Below, piece after piece: positions 38,968 through 48,686 of a stretch of 64,000 nt of DNA. The notes beneath the pieces were generated by a model, which was not told the origin of the DNA, searched no databases, and worked only from the letters and a program-made list of their open reading frames with translations. Both the position numbers and the translations under genes were made by a program. Location: positions 13,918 to 77,917 of the forward strand of contig JAFOSK010000057.1 in NCBI GenBank assembly GCA_017392945.1. The letters are read 5' to 3'. Numbering within the stretch: position 1 is the stretch's first letter; each line of letters begins with the position of its first letter. The DNA comes from Treponema sp. Its GTDB lineage: Bacteria > Spirochaetota > Spirochaetia > Treponematales > Treponemataceae.

Positions 38968-40740
38968 ATGTTTACACAAGTTCTAAGAAAGTCATTAACA
39001 CTACTCTTGATTTATGCTGTTCTGATTGTCGGCATTTTTATTCTTCAGTTTAAGAATGATTCTATTATTTCAGAAAAATTCGGGAATCTCCATGTATCGT
39101 TGTTGGAATCTGTTGCAGACGATAACAGTGTTTCTCTTAAGAATCGTTTTAATATTGTTTTTAACGGGATTACTTTTTCAGGAAACGAAGAAAAAAGTGC
39201 AGTTGCAAGGATTAATTCCCGTGATCAGAAGGTTGCTCTCATTTCATGGCAGAAAATTTCTCCGCTTTCATGCGTGCTTCATTTTTCAAATGATATAGAC
39301 CTTTCTTTCTCTGTAAGTGATGAAACAGCTCATTCATACCTTTTGATTGAAGTTTCAATGCCTAAGAACATCAGCTCATTCTCTGTGCCTTATGCACTTG
39401 TTTCTGGGGCAACGATTACTTCTCAATCTGATGACCGACTGCAGATTTCCAATAAAAAGTCTGATTGGGAATTTTCTGCCGGTGACATAGAATCTAACAG
39501 TGTTGTATTCACTCATAAAAAGCGGACGGCATCTTATTCTTATTATGATAAAAGCCGCTCATTCTCATTTGATCAGATTGTTTCGCTTGACAGTGCGTCT
39601 GAATTTACATATGCAGCTGTTCTTGAAAATTTCAAAGAAAATCTTATTTCATCGTTTGTGCAGATTCCTGCTGATGCTGCTGTAATCGGTGAACAGGAAG
39701 CTGTTTCTTATGTCGCTGCTATGGCAGAAAAAGGTCGTTACAACGAAGCTTTGGATGCTGTTCCGGCAGCCTTTAAAAAGAGTACGGCACGCACATTCCT
39801 GTCTGCACCATTCTTTGATACTCTTGCAAAAATTAATGAACCTTTGCAGCTGCAGCTTAAGTCTTATGATGATCTGGTGCAGCGTGCTCTTGCCGGAGAT
39901 TCCCTGGATATCTTCAATACACGCTTTATAAGTGACTATATGATGATAAACAGTAATAAGGCTGCTGTAAGAGAATTGCTGACAAAGACTGCGGCGGCCG
40001 CACTTGATTCAATGTCTGTTCAGCAGGCTTCTGCCGTGCTCTGCGTTTATGATGATCTTGCAGAAAAGAGCTCTTCTTTGGCTTCTCTGCTTTATCCGGC
40101 AGCTATCAAGTGTGTAGAAAAAATTCAGTCTTCATGTAATCTTGATGACAGTCTTCTTACGGTTGCAGAAAAGGGAACATTCCTTTCTGTCATTCAGGGC
40201 GTTATGGTGGGAGATGCACTGCTTCGCTTTGGTAAACTTATTGAAAACAGTGATTATATTGCAGGCGGACGGGTTATAGTTGGCTCTTATCTAAAGGAAA
40301 GTTCCTCGTATGATGTACGCACTTTGGGTGAGCTTTATCCGATTGCGGTTCACGGAAATTCTTATTATCCTCATTTTGAGATCCTTGCATCTGAAGGTGA
40401 GGAATGTATTTGGGCTTGGACTTGTGCAACTAATATCACTTATACAAACGATAATGCCGGAACGGTTTCTCTTGCAATTGACTTCCCGTTGTCTTATACG
40501 CATTACATTATTGTCAACGGAATAGAGCCTTTCCGCTCGATTTATATTTATGACATTGCATTCCGCTCTGATTACCGATTTGAAACGTACAATTCTTCCG
40601 GCTATATCTATCAGCCGGCGACAAAATCGCTCCTTCTAAAATCAAGGCATAAGGCAGACAGGGAAAACATTAGGCTCATCTATACCTTGGCCGCTCAGGA
40701 AAAAGCAGAGGTCGCTGAGGAAGAAGAAGCTGCCGAGTAA
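38968..40740 (+). CDS. Hypothetical membrane-anchored protein
   Basis: 590-aa ORF with an N-terminal TM helix; no recognised motif. Confidence 0.7.
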   Translation: MFTQVLRKSLTLLLIYAVLIVGIFILQFKNDSIISEKFGNLHVSLLESVADDNSVSLKNRFNIVFNGITFSGNEEKSAVARINSRDQKVALISWQKISPLSCVLHFSNDIDLSFSVSDETAHSYLLIEVSMPKNISSFSVPYALVSGATITSQSDDRLQISNKKSDWEFSAGDIESNSVVFTHKKRTASYSYYDKSRSFSFDQIVSLDSASEFTYAAVLENFKENLISSFVQIPADAAVIGEQEAVSYVAAMAEKGRYNEALDAVPAAFKKSTARTFLSAPFFDTLAKINEPLQLQLKSYDDLVQRALAGDSLDIFNTRFISDYMMINSNKAAVRELLTKTAAAALDSMSVQQASAVLCVYDDLAEKSSSLASLLYPAAIKCVEKIQSSCNLDDSLLTVAEKGTFLSVIQGVMVGDALLRFGKLIENSDYIAGGRVIVGSYLKESSSYDVRTLGELYPIAVHGNSYYPHFEILASEGEECIWAWTCATNITYTNDNAGTVSLAIDFPLSYTHYIIVNGIEPFRSIYIYDIAFRSDYRFETYNSSGYIYQPATKSLLLKSRHKADRENIRLIYTLAAQEKAEVAEEEEAAE

Positions 40741-40763
40741 ACTGTATTTTAGCTTGAACGGGG

Positions 40764-40805
40764 AGTTTTGATATTTCGGTAAAAGATTTTATGAATATCA
40801 AAACT
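40764..40805. terminator. Hairpin between convergent genes (probable bidirectional terminator)
   Basis: AGTTTTGATATT/AATATCAAAACT. Confidence 0.55.
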
Positions 40806-40816
40806 TGATTTTCATG

Positions 40817-43171
40817 CTATTTAGAATAAATTGCGGCATACTGTTCCATTAGCTCATCAAATTCCTGGTCGTTGTCCGCCGTGATTGCGCAGGCATAGTA
40901 CAATGCGATTACAGATTCCGTTGTAAGGTATCCCATAGGCACTGCGCCTTCACGCCAGATTCCATGTGCCGTTACATATTGGGAAAAATCCAGGCTGATT
41001 TTCTGCTGGCTTGTACAGTAAAAGCGGATTCCGCGGCGGTTTCCTGCCAGAAGCATGTTCTTTAAAGAAAAGTCGCTGTCTGAAATATTTCCAGCTCCAA
41101 TTCCGTACATTTCCAAAAATATAGAGTGTACTGGTGAGTATTTGAGTATGTCTTTATATAAATCGCTTCTGAATCCAGGATAAAGTCGGCACATGAACAT
41201 GCGGTTGGAAGCTTCTACCAGCATTCTGCTGAGTACGTCTTTGTCCAATTCGCCGGTGCCGTTAAATGCATTTGAAATCGGCCCGCTTTCAGTATATTTT
41301 GGTTCTTCCAGATTCCAGTTGCAGAAACTTCCTGGGCGATCGAAATGCAGGTTCAGAGGTGAAAGAATTTTATCTCCGAATACAACATATACGCCGTTCT
41401 TCTTTTCTGCGGCTGTTTCTATGGCAAGTCTCAAGTTTGTTTCGGCTTCCATAGATTCCGAAGGCAAGGTTGAAGAGGCGGTAAGTACAATCGGAACTTC
41501 TGAATCTGCAAACAGCCAGTATAAAAGAGCCGCGGTATAGGAAAGCGTGTAGGTTCCATGAGTAACGACAATTCCACTGGCTGTTCCGGCATTTATGCGC
41601 AGTGCTATTTCGGAGATTAAATCAGCCCAATTGGAAGGTTCCAGCTCTTCGCTAAGATATTGCCCTGCGGACGTAAATTGAATCGGTATATCAGGGGCTA
41701 TGCGTTCGGCCATTATTTTTAGTTCAGAAGCGTCTCCACTGGAAATTGTGCCATCGTTGTGCCGTATTGCAGAAATTGCTCCGCCTGTAGTTATTACGTA
41801 AATCACGCTTATATTAAGTTCTTCCTTAAGAAGACTTTTTACAATCTGAGGGACGGCTTTTCCGCTGGTTTCCTTCATTACAAGGCCTGTAAGGAATTCA
41901 AGCGGTGGCATTTCTCCGTTCTTAAGGATTTTGCACTGTTCCGGATTTTCCTGAATTACTTTTTTGATAAACGGAAGAAGTTCCTTTTCGCTGCTCATTT
42001 CGCTTATGTTCAGGGTTTTCATCAGTTTTTCAGGGGAATGTCCGGTTTCAAAAGTCGCACGAAGCAGTTTTTTTGCGGTTGCACTGTGAATGTCGCTTGA
42101 ATCAAGTTTTTTTATGATCCAAGCAAAATTTGTTTCGGTTATCTTTGATTTTTTGATTGAAAGACCGGATTTATTTAAAAGTCTGGTAAGTTCACTTGCT
42201 ATCCAGTGAGCCGTATTAAGCGGATTTGTTCCTAGCGCGCAAGTATTTTCAAAGAAGTCTGCGCGTTCTTTTGTGTCGCACAAAAATTCTGCTCTCAGAC
42301 GGCTTACTCCGTATTGTTTTTTGAATCTCTGACGGCGCGCTTCTGGTAGTTCAAATTTTGTATCAGCGAATTTTTTTTCTGCGATTTCAAGATTTATTGT
42401 CTGCGGCGGGTTCAGATGTTCAAAGCGGGTTCTGTTTATCTGGCGTTCTTGAAAAGTTTCCGTACAGGATTTTGCTTCGTTCCAGAGTCTGCTTTCGCTT
42501 GGAATTTTTTCGCCGGCTGTAATCATGTTTTCCTGACGGGTAAGTTCGTGATTAACTGCTTTTCGTGCAAAATTAAAAGAATTGAGATTGCGGAGTTTTA
42601 CGTAATAATCAGGATGATTCGGGTATTTTGAAAGAGCGACATAAGCATTGCATCTTATGGTTCCGTCTCTGAACGAGTCGTTTGCGATGTTCAGGTATTG
42701 CGTAAGCCGCCGCAATTCTTCTAGAAAAATGTGTACTTCTTCTCCAAGCTCAAAGCTTGGCTGTGTGCGGATTCGTATGCTCGGGTTTCCTGCGCAGGAA
42801 TAGTCCATCCTTGTTGTCCCGTTTGCGTGGGTAAGCCGTCCAAGGTCTTCTTCAATCCTTACTTCTTCAATATGTATTGTCTTCTGGTGACTGTGGAACA
42901 TAAGGTTCAGCTTTCCGCCTTCGGCAATTTTTACGGAATATCCTGTAAGGTCTTTTCCGCTTTCCTGCTTTGAAACAAGGTTTGTGATGTGTTCTACGTC
43001 TGATATTGTAGAAATTTTGCATTCTAGTGCTTTTGCAAGAATGTATACCTGCTGAAGTACCTGCTCATTTATGCAGATTTTGTGATTTTTTTCGTTTGTG
43101 TAAAAAACTGATTCTACGGCCGGCAGTTGAATTCTTACTTCTACATAAACAAATGACTGGTACATACTCAC
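40817..43171 (-). CDS. GatB/YqeY-like domain fused to an L-asparaginase (GatD-like) domain; both halves degenerate
   Basis: GatB-like: 'IEEDLG', 'RNLNSF', 'ELPEARRQRF...YG', 'FLTGLVMKETSGKA.P'. Asparaginase-like: 'ITTGGAIS', 'VVTHGTYTLSYTA', 'PIVLTAS', 'LYPG', 'YGIGAG', 'LTTES'. Confidence 0.85.
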   Translation of the reverse strand: MSMYQSFVYVEVRIQLPAVESVFYTNEKNHKICINEQVLQQVYILAKALECKISTISDVEHITNLVSKQESGKDLTGYSVKIAEGGKLNLMFHSHQKTIHIEEVRIEEDLGRLTHANGTTRMDYSCAGNPSIRIRTQPSFELGEEVHIFLEELRRLTQYLNIANDSFRDGTIRCNAYVALSKYPNHPDYYVKLRNLNSFNFARKAVNHELTRQENMITAGEKIPSESRLWNEAKSCTETFQERQINRTRFEHLNPPQTINLEIAEKKFADTKFELPEARRQRFKKQYGVSRLRAEFLCDTKERADFFENTCALGTNPLNTAHWIASELTRLLNKSGLSIKKSKITETNFAWIIKKLDSSDIHSATAKKLLRATFETGHSPEKLMKTLNISEMSSEKELLPFIKKVIQENPEQCKILKNGEMPPLEFLTGLVMKETSGKAVPQIVKSLLKEELNISVIYVITTGGAISAIRHNDGTISSGDASELKIMAERIAPDIPIQFTSAGQYLSEELEPSNWADLISEIALRINAGTASGIVVTHGTYTLSYTAALLYWLFADSEVPIVLTASSTLPSESMEAETNLRLAIETAAEKKNGVYVVFGDKILSPLNLHFDRPGSFCNWNLEEPKYTESGPISNAFNGTGELDKDVLSRMLVEASNRMFMCRLYPGFRSDLYKDILKYSPVHSIFLEMYGIGAGNISDSDFSLKNMLLAGNRRGIRFYCTSQQKISLDFSQYVTAHGIWREGAVPMGYLTTESVIALYYACAITADNDQEFDELMEQYAAIYSK

Positions 43172-43311
43172 CTCTGTGCAGCATAAATTGTAAAATTTTT
43201 GTCCTGCTGCATAAAATTACTTAAAAAGTTTGAAAATTATACCGTTTTATGAAAATTTGTGATATACTTAGAAAAATTGTTGCCCGTAGCGGCGGGTGCT
43301 TAGGAGTTTTT

Positions 43312-44742
43312 GTGAACAAACATGATTTTCCAAAAATCCATTTTTATGATCAGGATTTTGTAGATATTTATAACAAGACGTGGACAATGCTCTCGGATTA
43401 TTGGATTAATCCAAAGACTGGCGAAAAAACGTCTGATGGTTATTTTATGTACCCTGTCGGAGAGAAATTAGTAATTGATCAGTTTGAGTCCATCCTCTCT
43501 TCGTTTTTCCTGGTGTATTCGAACCGCAATTACGATGCAAACTTGAACATCGATTATTTTTACAAACAGCAAGAAGAAAACGGTGCAATCCGTTGGCGTT
43601 ATGATGCGAAGACAAATGAACCAATGATTTCTCCTGATAATCCAGAAGGTGTAGGGCTTCCTTTGTTTGCATGGGCAGAATTCAATCTTTATCACAAGTC
43701 TGCAAACAAAAAACGCATAAAGGAAATTATGCCGGTTCTTCAGAAATACATTGCATGGATTGATGCAACATTCAAGCAGGAAAACGGTCTTTATGCCGTG
43801 CCGGCAACAGCAAGTACGATGTTCAATGCGCCGCGCGAAAAGGCTTATTATCCTATTGATTTTAATGCGTGCATGGCTATTAACTGTGCTCATATGTCTG
43901 CCTTGGGAGATATCCTTAATGATAAGGAACTGAGTTTCCAATATAGACGAAGTTATTTCTCTCTGAAGACACGCATTAATTCCATGATGTGGGATAATGA
44001 GACAGGTTTTTATCATGACTTGGACAAGGATTGTAATAAACTTCCGGAAAAAACAGTTGCTGGTTTCTGGGCTCTATTGGCAGAAATTCCGAGTGCTGAT
44101 AAATCTGATGCGCTCATTGCACACCTTACTAATCCGGAAACATTTGGTTCGGATCACCCTTTCCCGTCGCTTTCAGCAGACAGTCCTCTGTTCAGCAATG
44201 AAGGTGCAGGTTTTAGGGGAAGCGTTTTCCCTATGTTCAACTTTATGATTATCAAGGGACTTGAAAAATACCAGCGCTACGAGCTTGCCCGCGAATGTTC
44301 AATACGTCACTTGTATTTTGTTCTTGAAGGTCTTATGCCTACAGACGAAAAACAAAAAGGCGATGTATTTGAAGCGTATAAACCGCAGAGTGCGCAGAAA
44401 GCTGTCCTTGAAGGCGATGACAGTTTCCCAAGGGCTCATTTTCTTGCTTCAACAGGCCTTTCGACAATCGCTCTTATGATAGAGAATGTAATCGGTCTTT
44501 CTATAAGCCTTCCTCGTAAGACTGTAGACTGGATTATTCCTAACCTTGAAATAATGGGAATCGAAAATCTATCCCTTAAGAGAAACCTTATTACTATTCT
44601 GAGCAATAAGAGTCCTCGCGGATGGGAAATTCAGATGGAAAGCGAAAAACTTTATTACTTTACAATCAATATCATTGATCAGAAAAAGAAGACACTTCCT
44701 ATTCCTAGCGGAAAGTGTTCTATGCTTATTGATAAATTGTAA
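43312..44742 (+). CDS. MGH1/GH63-like (alpha/alpha)6 glycoside-hydrolase-fold protein
   Basis: 'PLFAWAE', 'IDFNA', 'MWDNETGFYHD', 'PFPSLS', 'RGSVFP', 'FEAY'. GTG start after AGGAG. Confidence 0.75.
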   Translation: MNKHDFPKIHFYDQDFVDIYNKTWTMLSDYWINPKTGEKTSDGYFMYPVGEKLVIDQFESILSSFFLVYSNRNYDANLNIDYFYKQQEENGAIRWRYDAKTNEPMISPDNPEGVGLPLFAWAEFNLYHKSANKKRIKEIMPVLQKYIAWIDATFKQENGLYAVPATASTMFNAPREKAYYPIDFNACMAINCAHMSALGDILNDKELSFQYRRSYFSLKTRINSMMWDNETGFYHDLDKDCNKLPEKTVAGFWALLAEIPSADKSDALIAHLTNPETFGSDHPFPSLSADSPLFSNEGAGFRGSVFPMFNFMIIKGLEKYQRYELARECSIRHLYFVLEGLMPTDEKQKGDVFEAYKPQSAQKAVLEGDDSFPRAHFLASTGLSTIALMIENVIGLSISLPRKTVDWIIPNLEIMGIENLSLKRNLITILSNKSPRGWEIQMESEKLYYFTINIIDQKKKTLPIPSGKCSMLIDKL

Positions 44743-44760
44743 TATTTTAAAATTAAGGAG

Positions 44761-46296
44761 ATGAGTATGGCTACTCCAGAAGCAGTTATTGAAATTGGTT
44801 CTACAGGTGTCCGCCTGCTTGTCGCCGAATTCGATTCTGAAAGAAAACGAAATGTTCTTGACCGTGCAGAAATGCCGATTTCTCTTGGAAGGGATGTGTT
44901 TACGCAAGGTTTTATAAGCCGAGAAACACAGTCCCAGTGCCTTCATATTCTCCAGCGTTATAAGGAACAGCTTGGTGGCTGGGGAATACTACCTTCTCAG
45001 ACAAATATAATTGCCACATCTGCATTCCGGGAGGCCACAAATAAAGATCCTGTAATGGATAAAATCTTTTCTTCGACAGGATTCAGGGTTCGTGTCATAG
45101 ACGGAATTGAAGAAAACCGACTTATGTATCTTGCGGTTTCAGAATGTCTTCAGGACGAAGCGCCTACATTAAGAGCAGAAAATGCCATGATTCTTGAAGT
45201 AAACGGCGGCTCAACAGAGCTTATGCTTATGAAAAAGGGTAAAATGGCAGGTGCACACAGCCTTCATCTTGGAACGGTAAGGCTTGCGCCAAAAATGAGG
45301 GGGCAGACCAGCAGCCTGGAAGATATTCAGCGCTACGTAGAAGAGTATACAATCAATGCAAAGGGGCTTTTTGAAAGTGAACTGAACATTGCAGAAACCA
45401 GTCAGTTTATTGCGGTCGGAGCGGATGCAACGCTTGCAGCAATTAATGCAGGTATGCCTATTTCTACATGGTTGTGGTCAATTGAGCGCGAGAATTTTGA
45501 CCGCTTTGTTGATGAAATCCAGCAGTATTCTGTAGATGAATGTGTTGCCCGATTTAAAATTTCCTACAACGATGCGCAGACGCTTCCTGTAAGCCTTATG
45601 ATTTACAAGATGTTCTTGCATCATACAAATGTAAAGACAATAATTGTTCCTGAAACAAACATTCGCGATGGTCTTATCATAAGCAAGACAAAAATTCCTA
45701 GCGAAGAACTTAAAAATGAATTCAACGAGCAGATTATTGCAAGTTCTGCAAACCTGCTTAAAAAATATCATGGTGACGAATCTCATGCCGAACACGTAAG
45801 GCAGAATGCGCTTAAAATCTATCAGTGTCTTGAACAGGAAATGTCGCTGGATTCGCGTTCGCGCCTGCTTCTGGAAGTTGCTTCAATCCTTCACGATATC
45901 GGCAACTTCATCAACATGAGTAACCACCATCTGCACAGTGAATACATAATCCGCCATTCAGAAATTTTTGGTCTGACCAGAACGGAAAATATTATTATTG
46001 CGACAATTGCACGCTACCACCGCGGAAAACAGCAGCCGCAGGACAGCGAACAGTTCCAGATTCTTGCGCGAAGCGAGCGAATGCAGATTCTGAAGCTTAC
46101 TGCGATTCTGCGCATTGCGGATGCCCTGGACAGAAGCCACGGTCAGACTTTAGGCGAAGTAGAAATAAAGCTGAAAAATGACAATCTTGTCATAAATTCA
46201 AAGGGAATTAAAAATCTGGCACTTGAGCGCATTGCCCTGGAAGAAAAAGGGGAATTATTCGAGTCAGTATTTGGCTATAAAATCATTCTTTTGTAG
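44761..46296 (+). CDS. ppx: Exopolyphosphatase Ppx/GppA with HD domain
   Basis: 'IEIGSTGVRL', 'ATSAFREA.N', 'EVNGGSTE', 'LGTVRL', 'LHDIG', 'RIADALDRSH'. Confidence 0.92.
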   Translation: MSMATPEAVIEIGSTGVRLLVAEFDSERKRNVLDRAEMPISLGRDVFTQGFISRETQSQCLHILQRYKEQLGGWGILPSQTNIIATSAFREATNKDPVMDKIFSSTGFRVRVIDGIEENRLMYLAVSECLQDEAPTLRAENAMILEVNGGSTELMLMKKGKMAGAHSLHLGTVRLAPKMRGQTSSLEDIQRYVEEYTINAKGLFESELNIAETSQFIAVGADATLAAINAGMPISTWLWSIERENFDRFVDEIQQYSVDECVARFKISYNDAQTLPVSLMIYKMFLHHTNVKTIIVPETNIRDGLIISKTKIPSEELKNEFNEQIIASSANLLKKYHGDESHAEHVRQNALKIYQCLEQEMSLDSRSRLLLEVASILHDIGNFINMSNHHLHSEYIIRHSEIFGLTRTENIIIATIARYHRGKQQPQDSEQFQILARSERMQILKLTAILRIADALDRSHGQTLGEVEIKLKNDNLVINSKGIKNLALERIALEEKGELFESVFGYKIILL

Positions 46297-46319
46297 TTTT
46301 TCTAAAGGGGGTTGTTCAA

Positions 46320-48440
46320 ATGGAATCAAGGTTTTTTAACAGAGAACTTTCATGGATAGAATTTAACGGACGAGTTCTTCATCAGGCTTTGCGAAAAGAA
46401 CTGCCGCTTTTGGAACGCTTGCAGTTTCTATCCATAATCACTTCAAATTTTGATGAATTTTTTCAGGTTCGCGTTGCTTCCGTAAAAAGAATGCAGTTTT
46501 CTGAGCCGGATAAGGCCGATGTTTCTGGACTTAAGCCAAAAATGGTCTTAAAGCAGATTTCTGCACGCAGTCACCAGATAATTCGAATTCAGCATGACTG
46601 CTTAAAGAATGATGTCCTGCCTGCAATGGCAAAAAAAGGCATCTGCTATGTAAAACCGGAAGATTTTTCTGCTGCACAGAGCGATTTTGCACTTAATTTC
46701 TTTTTGAATGAGGTTCTTCCGCTTCTTACCCCGCTCAGGACGGACACGGAAGTTTTTCCGCATATCGGAAACCTTACGGAAAACGTTGCTTTTTTGCTTA
46801 AGCCAATTTCGGGAATCAGAAATGCAAATGAAATCTTGAAGGGTAGTGATGATCTCCCGCGCATCTCTTTTGTACAGATTCCTTCTGGAATTCCGCAGAT
46901 TGTCTGGCTTCCTAGTGAAAATGGAAGAAAGCAGTTTGCACTTACCGAAGAAATTATTGCACAGTACGGGACTCATCTTTTTCCGGGTTTTGCAGTTGAA
47001 GAAACACTTCTCTTTAAAATTGCCCGAGACGCGGATTTTGCCGTCGATGAAGATTCCGGTCGTAATTTTGTAGATGCAATGGAAGAGGTTCTTGTTCAGC
47101 GCCAGAGTTCATTCCCTGTAATGATGGCGTGTAATCAGACAAGTGAAACAATTACAAAATTCCTTATGGAAAAAATGGAACTTTGCGAAGACGATGTTTA
47201 CCGCATTGATGGAATATTAAATCCGGGTGCCCTTATGGAATTAAGAGATATTGATGACGGCACTATGAGCTTCCCAGAATGGCAGAATTTTTATTCCGTA
47301 AATCTTCCAAGAGATGAATATTATTGGGATACACTAAAGCAGCATGATGTATTGCTCCACGTTCCGTATGAATCCTATGATCCTGTTGTAAAATTTATAA
47401 GCGATGCAGCTGACGATCCTAAAGTTCTTGCAATAAAAATGACTTTGTACAGAACAGGTAAGGATTCCCCGATTGTTGCGGCTCTTGAACGAGCAGCAAG
47501 AAACGGCAAACAGGTTGTCGTTCTTGTTGAATTAAAGGCGCGTTTTGACGAAGAAAGAAACATTGCATGGGCGAATCAGCTTGAAAATGCCGGAGTTACT
47601 GTAATATACGGACTTGTAAATCTTAAGGTTCATGCAAAAATCATTATGGTAATGCGCCGAGAAAGCGAAACAATCCGCCGCTATGCGCATCTTGCAACCG
47701 GAAATTACAATCCAAGAACGGCGAAAATCTATTCGGACCTTTCGCTGTTTACTTCAAACAATGAAATCGTAAACGATGCAACTTTGTTCTTTAACCTTGT
47801 AACCGGTTATTCAACGCTTCAGACAATGAAGCAGCTTGGCATGGCGCCGGTAACGCTTAAATCAAAAATCCTTTCTATGATTCAGAGGGAGATAGAACGA
47901 AGCGATCCTGAACATCCGGGATTGATAATGGCAAAGATGAATGCGCTTACCCACGAAGAAGTTATTGAAGCTTTGTACAAGGCAAGTCAGGCCGGCGTAA
48001 AAGTTTTGCTGAACGTACGCGGTGTCTGCATGCTTGTTCCGGGCGTAAAAGGGCTTAGTGAAAACATAAAGGTTGTTTCTATTGTCGACCGTTATCTGGA
48101 ACATTCGCGTATATTCTATTTTCAAAATGGCGGTGATGATGAGGTTTATCTTTCCAGTGCAGACTGGATGCCAAGAAATCTTGACCGTCGAATAGAACTT
48201 ATGTTCCCGATTCTTGATGAAAAGGTTTTTGAAGAAGTAAAAGAAATTCTTGATGTTTATTTTAAAGACAACGAAAATGCGCTTGCACTTTCTGAAAACG
48301 GAACCTGGTCAGAAATTCCTGTTAAGAATGATGAACAGATTTTGCGGGCTCAGGAAGTTCTTTACAAAAAATACAAGCGCCGTTCGGAATCCGCTGTAAA
48401 AACGCCTAAAATTGAATTTGAAGTCCGCAGAAAAGACTAG
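46320..48440 (+). CDS. ppk1: Polyphosphate kinase 1
   Basis: 'NRELSWIEFNGRVL', 'DEFFQVRV', 'LHVPYES', 'KMTLYRT', 'ELKARFDEE', 'KVHAK', 'RYLEHSRI', 'SADWMPRNLDRRIE'. Confidence 0.98.
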   Translation: MESRFFNRELSWIEFNGRVLHQALRKELPLLERLQFLSIITSNFDEFFQVRVASVKRMQFSEPDKADVSGLKPKMVLKQISARSHQIIRIQHDCLKNDVLPAMAKKGICYVKPEDFSAAQSDFALNFFLNEVLPLLTPLRTDTEVFPHIGNLTENVAFLLKPISGIRNANEILKGSDDLPRISFVQIPSGIPQIVWLPSENGRKQFALTEEIIAQYGTHLFPGFAVEETLLFKIARDADFAVDEDSGRNFVDAMEEVLVQRQSSFPVMMACNQTSETITKFLMEKMELCEDDVYRIDGILNPGALMELRDIDDGTMSFPEWQNFYSVNLPRDEYYWDTLKQHDVLLHVPYESYDPVVKFISDAADDPKVLAIKMTLYRTGKDSPIVAALERAARNGKQVVVLVELKARFDEERNIAWANQLENAGVTVIYGLVNLKVHAKIIMVMRRESETIRRYAHLATGNYNPRTAKIYSDLSLFTSNNEIVNDATLFFNLVTGYSTLQTMKQLGMAPVTLKSKILSMIQREIERSDPEHPGLIMAKMNALTHEEVIEALYKASQAGVKVLLNVRGVCMLVPGVKGLSENIKVVSIVDRYLEHSRIFYFQNGGDDEVYLSSADWMPRNLDRRIELMFPILDEKVFEEVKEILDVYFKDNENALALSENGTWSEIPVKNDEQILRAQEVLYKKYKRRSESAVKTPKIEFEVRRKD

Positions 48441-48471
48441 TTAGTCATAATTTTAAATTTAGGAAATTAAT

Positions 48472-48623
48472 AAAAAAATAACGGGAAGGAGAGAAATGTA
48501 TTTCAAAAACACTCATTTGTGCTGACGCGTTAGCGGCAAAGTGTATAGTTCCAAGGCACAAATGCGTGTAGCACGCTAGAGTGCGGTTTTGAAATAGGTT
48601 CCTCGACTGGTAGTTATTTTTTT
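48472..48623 (+). repeat. ~152-nt structured dispersed repeat, copy A (REPIN/MITE-like or ncRNA)
   Basis: Terminal IR AAAAAAATAAC/GTTATTTTTTT with nested stems; homologous to the reverse complement of 56184-56339. Confidence 0.8.
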
Positions 48624-48686
48624 GTTTTACTTTTTTAAATTTAGATTTTTCTGCTTTCTGTCAGATGCTTTTTTTCGGAGGTTTTT

